A stretch of 64,000 bases of DNA from Magallana gigas (taxonomy: Eukaryota). Below the pieces are notes generated by a model. It worked only from the letters and a program-made list of their open reading frames with translations. It made no database searches and had not been told where the DNA came from. Each line of letters opens with the position of its first letter. Position 1 is the first letter of the stretch. The translations under genes and the position numbers were made by a program. Of this stretch, positions 49,786-60,106 are shown one piece after another. The stretch lies in the NCBI RefSeq assembly GCF_963853765.1, contig NC_088860.1, positions 372,001 through 436,000 of the forward strand, read 5' to 3'.

Positions 49786-51289
49786 CTAGCGGAAAAAAGA
49801 AACTGTGCATTATTTAATATATGAAAAAACATCTAAAAATTACAATGAACAAATTTTATCTTTTGTAATACTCTTAACACATGTATTCGTAACAACATCT
49901 CATAACACATTAATGTCAACGTCGAAAAACGTCAATTTCAGCACACTCAAAAGTCGCTGTTATTTGAAATTGAATAAACAAAATTAATTACGCGTGTGAC
50001 CACCATTTGCGTTCACGCATGCTTGACAGCGACGCCTCATTGATGCCACTAAAGTGTTCAGAAATGCTTGAGGGATGTTGTTCCAGATGTTGGTTAAAGC
50101 CTGGCCTAAATCAGCCAATGTCACTGGCTGATTTGGTAAACGGCGTAAACGTCTTTCCATTTCATCCCATACGTGCTCGATCGGCGACAAATCGGGGGAA
50201 ACAGCTGGCCAAGGCAAGACATCGACATTCTGTTGAACAAACAAGTCCCTGGCTACACGTGCAACGTGTGGCCTTGCGTTGTCTTGCTGCAGAGTGATGT
50301 GATTTTGATGTCTCTGTATGAAGGGTATCACATGACGCTGAATAATTTCATCTCGATAGCGTACGCCGGTGAGATTTCCATTGACAATTTGTAGAGGGGT
50401 CCTTCCACGTGCTGATATTCCACTCCACACCATAACGCTACCTCCACCAAATTGTCGACGTTGCAATACAAGCGTCCTGGTAACGCTCCCCAACGCGACG
50501 GTACACCCTACAACGGCAGTCACTGCTATCCAAATGAAATCTGGATTCATCAGTGAACAGAATATTGGCCCAGTCCTGTATTCTGAATCGAGGATGTCGT
50601 GTGCACCACGCTAGTCCGGCGATACGATGACGTTGAAGCAGTACTGGTTGCACCGCTGGACGTCTTGGTCTGATGTTTTGCTCGCGCAGACGATTACGCA
50701 CAGTTCTTGGACTAATTGGTCGAAGCCCTGGAATGCTACGGGCAGTCAAACTTGCTGTCTGGAAACGATTTCTCAGATTCACAAGTCTAATGTGGTTGTC
50801 CTGTTGACGTGACGTCACACGAGGTCGCCCAGAGCGCGGTAGATCCCGAGTGTTGCCAGATTGTTGAAAAGTCTCCATAATGACTGGATGGTGTTCCGAT
50901 GAACTCCAAAGTGTCTTGCTACAGTATTTTTTGCCATTCCAGCTTGCAGCATCCCAACAGCACGATTACGTTGGTTTTCGTTGAGTCGTGGCATGACATA
51001 GGGGTAAATTTTGTTGAAACTTAAGTGATTTCCTTAACAAAAAAAGTTTAAACAAATCCTTTACAGTTCTTATTCCAAACAGTATTGGCCCGTAAAACTC
51101 GTGCGTACAAATTCTTCAATAAACAACAGGTGCTCACTAACCATGAAAAAGTCCGTGCACCCGGACGGTTACCATCCGATATTGTCGAAAACATTACCAT
51201 AATCGATTGTTTAAATTTTATAAATACAAACAATAGATATAGAAAAATTATACTAAGTTTAATAATACACAGTTGTTTTTTTCTGCTCG
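49786..51289 (-). mobile_element. Tc1/mariner DNA transposon (DD34E), full length, about 1.5 kb
   Basis: Imperfect ~30-bp TIRs (cTAGCGGAAAAAAGAAACTGTGCATTATT vs cGAGCAGAAAAAACAACTGTGTATTATT), TA flanks on both sides, internal transposase. Confidence 0.9.
49984..50994 (-). pseudogene. Tc1 transposase with two frameshifts
   Basis: MPRLNENQRNRAVGMLQAG...GRPRVT...FTDESRF...GGGSVMVW...QDNARPH...WPAVSPDLSPIEHVW, with 34 residues between the second D and E. Frame changes near 50870 and 50465. Confidence 0.9.
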
Positions 51290-51574
51290 TATATCTTAGT
51301 TACTACTGGCCCTAACTTTACCAAACTTGCATGGATACTAATGTACCAGACAGGCTTGAATGCTGAATCTGAGCCATAGGTTTTGGATGCTGAATAAGGT
51401 TTAGTTATTTTAAAACAAGTCACATGTTTAATAGATATTATTATGCCTTCCGTCAGTTTGTCACTATATATTCAATACTCATCTATTTTCGCATAGTATC
51501 AAAGGATTCATATAGCGTAAGCATACTATGCCGAAATAGAGCACGGCAAATGTTTTCAACGAAAATCTTTCAAG

Positions 51575-51655
51575 CGCCGACAGCGGGATTCGAACTCACG
51601 ACGCTAAAATCATTCCTGCTTGAAGCCGACCGCGTTACCGCTACGCTAAATTAGC
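51575..51655 (-). mobile_element. tRNA-derived SINE head or pol III-like cassette
   Basis: Minus strand TAGCGTAGCGG (A box) and GTTCGAATCCC (B box); no convincing cloverleaf. Confidence 0.55.
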
Positions 51656-54191
51656 CGTGATAATAACAAGTACTAGCTTTCCAAAAAGCTTGCCTGACTA
51701 AACAAAATTATTCAATGGAAGCATCCATGTATCAATAAGGCTATCTTATTAGAAATAAATTTATATTCGCTGATGATCATAAATTTATAAACGGAACGTG
51801 CAAATTTAAGACGAAATGTCAGTCTTTTCTTCGATCTAGAACATGTACATATATATCACTTGAAATTCAGTTATTTTATAAATTCAATTATTTTTAGGAA
51901 TGTACAGTACACATATCATATAAGTGCATGTAAGCTTGAAAGCTGGAGAGTAAATAGTCGGGTTTTTTTTTTAAATTATATGTGTTATACTAAGATGTAA
52001 AATCAACTGAAAGGCATTTTTAAAAAAATTTCCAACCATATGAAATATAAAAGGGTATACAAACACGTATTGTTTTTTAATGTGTGTGGGCAGCTTCATC
52101 AAAATCATCTTGACAAGCAATTAAAAAAGGGTGAATTCTCAAATTCATGAAAAAAACCTAACTGTAACTTCAATTCAATTAGAATTCCTTATTTGCAGTT
52201 TTATTTATTGCATGCTCCTACAAAAGTGGAGGTTGGGGGGGGGGCAAATCCATGATATTTCCATTTATCATATAAAGTTAAGAAAAGTGCCAGCTGCCAA
52301 AAAAGTGGGGAGGGGGAAGCAGCCCCCCTCACTCCAACCCCTGATGATACGTGCCTGTGATGTAAACACATTGTGTGCTCTGGGGTATTCGCATGATCCA
52401 AGCGCACTCGTCAACTAATAGGTGCGCAAAATTATGAATGAGACATTATGGCGCGAAATCCTACTATTACCGTTCACGCAACGAATGAACTCATCCATTG
52501 GCAGAAGATCCATGGGGAGGGGGTCAGATGAATTTTTTGACATTTGTTTTGTAACAGCTAAATACATGTATATTATACTTTGGATCGGATGTTTTGGAAG
52601 AAATCTAACGAATTAAGACACACACTTGATTAGTTATTGTTAAATGTAGTAATGTACATTTAAGTAAGACACGCGAGTTATGACCCCTTTTCAAGATTAA
52701 TGAAATCGCCAACTGAACGAAAATCGGGTCACACCCTGCTTCGGCGATTTAGTTCCTCCTGTAAACATTCCAGCTGTATAAATATATCTTTGTTTTAATC
52801 CAAACTGATGACTCTCTTGTAATTATGATAATCCAACACCAATTATAACTTACATTGTACCGTTATAGACAATATGTTACAACTTGATGACCCCCTCCCC
52901 CTTTTTCACCGTTTAAATATAGTGGAATGCTGATCTATTTTTAAATCAGGATTACACACGTGCACTGCATGGTGAACGTCCCTTTTACTTGAAAACTCTT
53001 GCTCGCTGTTGTTATTACATGCCATATAACATTTTCATCAATTGTGAATGTAAATGCTGACATCCTAAACATAAATTGGTTAATCTTTTTTGTGAAATAT
53101 CATGATATTGCTTGTCCCATTGTCTGCACTGTTTCGGAGAATGCAATTTTTAAACCTTAGATATGCCTGACGTCATGACGTCAGGCAATCAACGGTATTT
53201 ATATATATAAAACGTAGATATATACGACTGACATCAAGCAATTAAAATTATTAATTTTTCCAAAAACACTTCATTATTGACGGTAATTTTAAAGTTAAAG
53301 TTTCTTATAAACTTCAACAAATTGATTGAACATTTTTCAAAGAAATTCTACATGAGAATCACAAAAACGCTTTTTTAAATGACGCTTGATAAAGAATGTA
53401 CAAGAAAAAAAATTCAATGAGATTTCGTCTGCTAAACATTTCGAGTTTTCTCGGTAAGGCCAAACGTCTCTCATTTCTTGAAAAGAACATAAACCTTTGT
53501 TGACGTTTTATTGTACAACTACTTGTTGATTAAATAAACAATCAAATTAATTGATTAATTTGAAAAAACAAAACAAACGCTTGCTTTTCCGGTGATTATT
53601 TTTAGGGACTTGTCAACACTCGAACGGCACAGCTACTTATAGCAAAGTACGTCAGTATATTCAACAGTCAGCATGATAATAACAATAGTGTTGTGTTGTG
53701 CAGTACATGCACAACACAACACTATTATATAAATAGTACTATTTCAAACTTGCATAGTTGATTTAACTATAATATACATCAAATGCAGAGGTACCTTCAG
53801 ATGCAGAGCCTGATCTCCATTATCAAGGATGCTAAAAAAATCTCCTACCTCACTCAAACCTGCTTGAAAGATGTGTTTGTTGTTAAATGATATAACATGA
53901 TTCCTATGATAGAGTTTGGTATGATATGATACACTATTGTTTTATATGATACATGTTATATCTGACATATATTAAATTGTAAAAAGTTACATGATATGAT
54001 ATGAAAATGTATTATACATTATGATACAATATTGTATAATATAAAATTGTATTACATATTATTTTATCACATGATATCACATGATATTGTTTCATATAAT
54101 ATTGTAATATATCTCATGAAATTGTATTATATGATATTGTAATATAAAATGTTGTATCATATGATACAATATTTCATAATATGAAATTGTG

Positions 54192-54194
<3 letters not shown>

Positions 54195-54273
<79 letters not shown>
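54195..54273. repeat. (TA)n microsatellite within a degenerate atatgatac/atattgtat AT-rich repeat (about 53900-54770)
   Basis: Direct reading. Confidence 0.93.
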
Positions 54274-54279
<6 letters not shown>

Positions 54280-54323
54280 GTTTTCAGTAGACGATAACAC
54301 AATAATCCATTTCTTTCAAATTT

Positions 54324-54363
54324 AATCCAGAGCGCTTTCGCCTGATCGGCTCTTCAGTGGATT
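54324..54363 (-). ncRNA. Minimal type I hammerhead ribozyme (minus-strand copy)
   Basis: Exact reverse complement of 54408-54447. Confidence 0.85.
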
Positions 54364-54407
54364 TCAAATTATAACAGAAATATTGTTAGATTTCTGTTAT
54401 AATTTGA

Positions 54408-54447
54408 AATCCACTGAAGAGCCGATCAGGCGAAAGCGCTCTGGATT
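54408..54447 (+). ncRNA. Minimal type I hammerhead ribozyme (plus-strand copy)
   Basis: AAUCCA-CUGAAGA-GCC(GAUCA)GGC-GAAA-GCGC-UC-UGGAUU: 6-bp stem I, CUGANGA box, 3-bp stem II, GAAA box, palindromic stem III, predicted cleavage after C54441. Confidence 0.85.
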
Positions 54448-54934
54448 AAATTTGAAAGAAATGGATTATTGTGTTATCGTCTACTGAAAACATTTTTCTA
54501 TATCGTTACCTATACCAAGGACTTATTCGTTTATATATATATATATATATATATATTATTTTATGATATGATACAATATCATACTATATTATACAATATA
54601 GTATGATATGTTACAATATTGGGATGTATAATGTGATTATATGCTATTGTATCTTACAATACAATATTGTATTATATATTATTTTTTGATATTGTATTAT
54701 GTGATCAAATACAATAATTTATAACATGATACAAAGTCATATCATATGTTGGTTTGATTTTCATATAATATGATAAAGGTGGTCTCATAAAGGTGATGCC
54801 GCGTCTCGGTGCGCTTTGTAATCTGTGATTACCTATGTTTTGGATTTCTTACCGACTTGGCTTGAAGTAGTCACAGATGGTTTATTTTACATTTCTCTGT
54901 TTAAAGAAGTGAAAGGAAAAAGAACGGTATTATT

Positions 54935-55265
54935 ATCTCACCTGAGTTGAAAGCTGAAGTGAGTTTTTCTGATTTCATCTTGTCCGTCGTCCGTCTGTAA
55001 ACTTTTCACATTTTGAACTTCTTCTTTAAAACTACTTGGCCAATTTCAACCAAATTTGGCACAAACCATCCCTATCGAGAGGTGAATATAGAAATGAAAA
55101 GGCCGGTGTTAATTAATAGTGAAGAAATCCTTGAAACCATAGAAAAGGGGACGCGTTTTAAAGAATCTTCTTCTTGGGAACAATGGAGTCTAATTCAGCG
55201 TAATTTAGCATAAATCATCCTTATGGAAAGGAAAATATAAATTGCAAAATTGGGGGAGGCAGTAA
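54935..55265 (+). mobile_element. Helentron-like repeat (oyster Cg170/pearl-type architecture)
   Basis: tattatctcacctgag...gtgagtttttctgat...gtccgtcgtccgtctgtaaacttttcac...ccaatttcaaccaaatttggcaca, the typical sub-TIR, GTCC microsatellite and core arrangement. Confidence 0.6.
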
Positions 55266-56281
55266 TCAGTTTATAACATCGGTATTCCATGTCTCGAAAA
55301 CGAGGTTCTTTTTGATAGGACACAGATCACAATTATTTTCCCCTCATTCCTTTATACAACATAAATAATATAAGAAATATCATCGGCTCAAATCAATTCA
55401 AATACAGCATATTTATGGGATGACATGACACTAGTCCAACAACATATCCAAACTGCAGGAAAATCAATCGAGAGGGGACTGAAATATGGCCCCTAAAATA
55501 TCCCCTACCATGAAAAATCCACTTTCACATTGGAATATGTGTAAATATTGGCCTCTTTACGCCCTTTATATCGGGCCTTTAAAGAGTTTTTCTGGTTGTA
55601 AAGAGGACACCAATGGACCCCCTTCATATTTTTCGAGATTTTTAAATCTTCTAAACAAGTGTGTAGCTGTGCAGTTCGACAACTGTTATAAGAGATTAGA
55701 AAGGCACTGTCCTGTTCTTGTATGCATAATTTGCGTACACAACAACATGTAGAATCTCATATTTATTGCTTATATATCTTTTGGCAACAGTTTTGGGCAG
55801 AAAGAAGCCAGTTTAAGATATGTTTACATTCTTATCCTCAAATGTACAAGATGGCCGCACAACCCCTTAAGTCTAAGCGTGAGTCTAAGTGTGAGGCGAC
55901 CTTTCTACAAGGCAAAGACCGCCATGTGTACAAAACACCCCAATCCACAATAATCTACAACATTGTCACTTTCAACATGACCAAGGAGCCATCAAGCCAA
56001 CTGGGGACGATGATTGCCTTTTTAATTCCGTTTCAACGCTGTTGGTTGGAGACCAATTCTTTCCCTCCTTGGCCACAGGGCTTCAGTATAAATCGTGCAT
56101 GGAGATGTTTCTGAACAAAAAACATCCAGCTGCACAAGGACAGGCTGGTTATGGATGTCTCTCGCCAACATATAAAGTGTGCCTGGCCAAGACAATATTC
56201 ATGTGTTTGGACCATACTTGCACTATCCAACATAATCAACGTGCCCATGGAAATACTATAATCCATGCGTTAATGGTACAG

Positions 56282-56508
56282 GGCTGCGTTTTACAATGGA
56301 ACTTAAGACTTACAACCAAATTAATGAATGCTTATTAATCAAAAACTAATAAATGTTTGAATTTAATGGCTGTACAATATACAATGTAATTACAAAAATC
56401 AAAATAAGGGTAAATTAATGGTTTTATATAAATTTTGAAAGTCAAAGAGCATTTCATGAGACTGAAAATATTTACGACTTTGTCGCAAGTTCTTTTGTAA
56501 AACTGCCC
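56282..56508. mobile_element. Second, more diverged copy of the Harbinger-like MITE
   Basis: Shares both termini and internal aaattaatgaat with 40913-41133. Confidence 0.65.
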
Positions 56509-56768
56509 TTCCAAAAGTTAACTTGAAGACGTCACTCGAGAACCCCATCAGTGACACTGATATTAAGATCATGTGGACACCATCAGTGACACTGCTATTA
56601 AGACCATGTGGACAAGTACATTACTGTCACATTAACATTCATCACAGTTTATTTTGCATTTAGTTTCGTTTATAATTAAACATCACATAGCCCGTGATGA
56701 GCCCCTTAGTGTTTTATTTCTACTTATTTATAAATACCCTTACTGAACCTCAGTTCACTGGGCCTTAA

Positions 56769-57109
56769 GGTTCCTCACTACACCTTGAAATATTTTCTCA
56801 AATAAGCAGATAATTACTTTATTATGATAGAAAGCATGATGGATAAGAAGTATATATGTCAAATAGGCGAAAAAAAAATGTGCAATTTTGGATAACATGA
56901 TATTTTCAAAAATTTCATTTAGTAAACATAAACAAAAGCCCAGGCGGATTCGAACTCATGATCAGCGGTTCATAAGCCTGATATTTTACCACTGAGCTAA
57001 AACGATATACAACTGAATCGATTGATACAAACAGTTTAACAAAACATTTAGATCGCCATCTTGTGACGTAGTGTCTTAAAAAGTATAAGTCTTGGTGTAG
57101 TGAAGTACC
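56769..57109. mobile_element. TTAA-TSD MITE (Kolobok-like) containing tRNA-like A and B boxes
   Basis: TTAA|GGTTCCTCACTACACC ... GGTGTAGTGAAGTACC|TTAA; internal minus-strand TAGCTCAGTGG and GTTCGAATCC. Confidence 0.78.
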
Positions 57110-57749
57110 TTAAACCCACTAGTCCGTGCAGTGTCATTTTGGACACGGCAGTCAAGAGGGAAGGACGTATTTATACTTCTATTGGTAAAGCATCCAGTTA
57201 TATAGGTGTAGCCGGTGTTTTAATGAGAAAAAACAAGTCCGGTTTTGTGTTATTTTCATGTATTAGCCTGACCCCAGGACTATAATATATATGGGATCAG
57301 CCCTACAATAATCAATATAAATATTAATATGCAATATATATGACAAATCGCCTCCTCGATAAAAGACTATATAAACAGTCCAAGGTAACAAAAACAATGA
57401 CACATGTGCCTACATCAACACCATCATCTCCGTATTCGTTGCCATCACCTACGTTCGATCTAACTGTGTGTTTTCCTGTGTCACCGCCTCCTCGACAAAA
57501 GACTGCATGCTAAACCGCTGCTACAATTACAAAGACATTTTATCACCAAATTCCAATAAAAACCAGCGACCAAATGATGAACGATTCCGTTAATTATGCA
57601 CCAAATGCAAAACAAATAACAAAGTGTACAGAGGTTCCAAAAGAGACTGGACAATTTCAAACTTACCAATATCGCCGATGAACTCCTCGCAACCCTTACA
57701 ATGTGCCAAAAGGGGAAAAATAATATTAGGGAATAGGGAGGTAATAATT

Positions 57750-58240
57750 ACACCAAATATACCATCAAGTGTTATTGTTTATTCGAATGAACACTAGAGG
57801 ATTTGAAGACAAACGGTATTGGCCCTAAAGGCAGTGTCATTGGCATTGATAGAACATTCAACATTGGACCATGCTTCGTAACCACACATACATACAATAA
57901 CAGGAAAATAATAAAACGCGATATATACACTCCAAAATTCCATTTTCTTGGCCCAACGTAATTACCTTGGGACGGAAAAACCGATTCGTGTTACAAATTC
58001 TTAACTTATCTAAATTCAAGGCTGGAATTTCCTTCCGGACTAAAAGTGGGTAAAAGCAATAAAAAAAGCCATCCAACATGCTTTCCATCATCTAGTTCCT
58101 CTACTTTGTACCAAATACGCAAAAGACAACGTCCGGCGATACCTAGAAGACAACAACAAATACGAGTCCGTGAACAATCGCTTGAAACAATTTCTTGATT
58201 GTAAGCCTTACAAACTGACCGACTAGATTGCCAAAATAAA
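57750..58240 (+). pseudogene. Decayed Mutator (MULE) transposase fragment
   Basis: Across stops and frameshifts: PSSVIVYS...DLKTNG...SVIGIDRTFNIGPCFVT...FLGPT*LPWDG...KAIKKAIQHAF...LLCTKYAKDNVRRYL, matching MULE transposase motifs. Followed by (TTTCG)n and a possible terminus ...tttacaggtaccc at 58430. Confidence 0.75.
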
Positions 58241-58309
58241 CGAAATATCCGCGTGCAAAAAAATGTCATAAGCACCCTTTTCTAATGGGCGCTATCATTT
58301 CATATTGCT

Positions 58310-58415
58310 CGATTTCGTTTTGTATCGTTTCGTTTTGGTAGGTTTCGTTTTGATTTCGTTTCGTTTTGATTTGTTTCGTTTCGGTAGGTTTCGTTTCGTT
58401 TCTATTTCGTTTCGC
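58310..58415. repeat. (TTTCG)n pentanucleotide repeat
   Basis: Direct reading. Confidence 0.9.
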
Positions 58416-58433
58416 ACTTTACAGGTACCCGTA

Positions 58434-58652
58434 CTGTATACAGGGTTATTTTTAACCTTGTAATTTTCGCCCTTCTACACTTACAAACAGTTCTGTGTCG
58501 TATTGAATTCGCTTAGACACAGTTTTGTTTATAGAGAGATGATATAAGAAATTGTAATTCATCCAGTCTAAACTTCGCCCACTTACAACAAGGACGAAAG
58601 AAGGACGAAAGTGGCGAAAATAGAACAGGGGCGAATATTTCCCTGTATTCAG
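58434..58652. mobile_element. Second copy of the CTGTATACAG MITE, opposite orientation
   Basis: Ends GGGGCGAATATTTCCCTGTATTCAG|TA, the reverse complement of the left end of 1748-1955. Confidence 0.72.
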
Positions 58653-58947
58653 TATTCAGAGTCAGAATATTTTAACCTGACTTTAAGAATGGTTTTGATT
58701 GTATGTTTTTAATGAGGCCTGCTCTTTTTCGTCATTTAGAAAGAAGGAACATTCAGGTAATATAATTTGATCAATTTCTCTGACTATATTCATTATGTAC
58801 AGTACTAGTTTTGGCATTATTCTTCACGAATTCGGAATTGTATAGGTGAGACATCACAGTTTTTGTTTCCACGTGTTTCTTTCTACTATTCAGTCAAAAT
58901 GCCATAGGCTCGCCGCTGTGTCTTACCTGTCTTTCTAGAAAAGCATG

Positions 58948-60106
58948 AAACAACGCCATAGGCCGTGTCTAACCTGTCTTTATGGAAAAGCAAAATTGTT
59001 CATTCATTAAATTGTTTCATATAAAGAAGTTCGGTGATAAGAAGTTCAGTGACAAAGAATACCAAAAATAACGCGGGTTATGTATTTTTCTGCAATGTCG
59101 CCACCTTTATATCCCGAATGAATCACCAAGGACCAATACATTTTTTTCGGAAATGAATGCATGTGATATAGACCAATCCATGCACACTTTACAAAAGTTA
59201 TGTCCCATGGCAGCCATCTATGGGAAAAACCCAATCGATTTCTCCAAGTAGCCTTTGTAGAACGTTTAGAGATTCATAGCTTTGTCATTTGACATTAAAA
59301 ATCCTTTTCAGTTGTGTATTTTGATTGCCCTAAGATGGGGCAACACACATATCGAAAGAATAAATTAACTTCCAAAAGAATCACATACCACCCAAATGCT
59401 TGGTTGCTTAAAGAAGAAAAAAGTTTGTTTTTCCCTTTTGGCCATTGGGTTGACCCCGCATAGGGAAACAACCTTTGCAAATTTTGGATTGGACTATTCG
59501 TTTAAAATTTTTATTTTTCCCGCCATTACCACTGAGTTTACATCTTCCGGTTTGACGATTTCCTGTTTGATGATTACAAGATGGCGGACAAAGAGAAAGG
59601 GAAGATGCCATCTAGTGTAGTTTTTACGTGTTTATTTCTGTTAGTCCTCTTAGTTCAGACAATATACACAGAAAAGGATACATGTACATCGTCTAACTGT
59701 GTGGAGGGAAGATGTATGAACGGAACATGCGAGTGTGACACTGGTTGGGCTCCTCCACAATGTAAACATTGCATGGGAATAATCAGGTAAGTCGTGGAAA
59801 TATGTCAGGTACGCTGGTGTAGTGGTTTCACGTTGGATATACTTTGTGTTTTATAGAGAACCTCTGTTTATGTTTCGGAGATGTGTGTAGCATAGTTATT
59901 AGTATGTCGTGAAGTACAGTATATCGGTATTAGCTGATATACATGTATCATGTATGACTGACAGTTGAACACAGGGAATTTGTTCATTTTATTTACTTGG
60001 TATTCTTTGTCACTGAACTTCTTTTCACTGAACTTCTTGATATGAAACAATGAATGAACAAGTTTGCTTTTCCAGAAAGACCGTTAAGACGCCTATGGCG
60101 TTGTTT
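58948..60106. repeat. Inverted repeat pair (58948-59065 and 59997-60106) flanking the attractin promoter and exon 1
   Basis: aaacaacgccatagg...ggaaaagcaaa.ttgttcattcatt...aagaagttcagtgacaaagaataccaa is present in opposite orientations, roughly 80-85% alike by eye. Confidence 0.85.
59535..59590 (+). promoter_or_regulatory. Attractin core promoter motifs (ETS, YY1-like)
   Basis: CTTCCGG (ETS on the minus strand) near 59544 and AAGATGGCG overlapping the start codon. Confidence 0.4.

Larger units (their letters stand above)
54274..54497. repeat. Perfect foldback palindrome (108-bp arms, 8-nt loop) of Penelope-like-element type
   Basis: 54274-54381 is the exact reverse complement of 54390-54497; embedded in (TA)n tracts. 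Confidence 0.92.

Noticed and set aside
50007-50812. Additional ORFs inside the Tc1 element
   Set aside because: Shadows of the transposase reading frame.
51575-51655. tRNA gene call (also 56945-57000)
   Set aside because: A and B boxes are present but I could not build a cloverleaf with acceptor stem and anticodon arm; treated as SINE-like.
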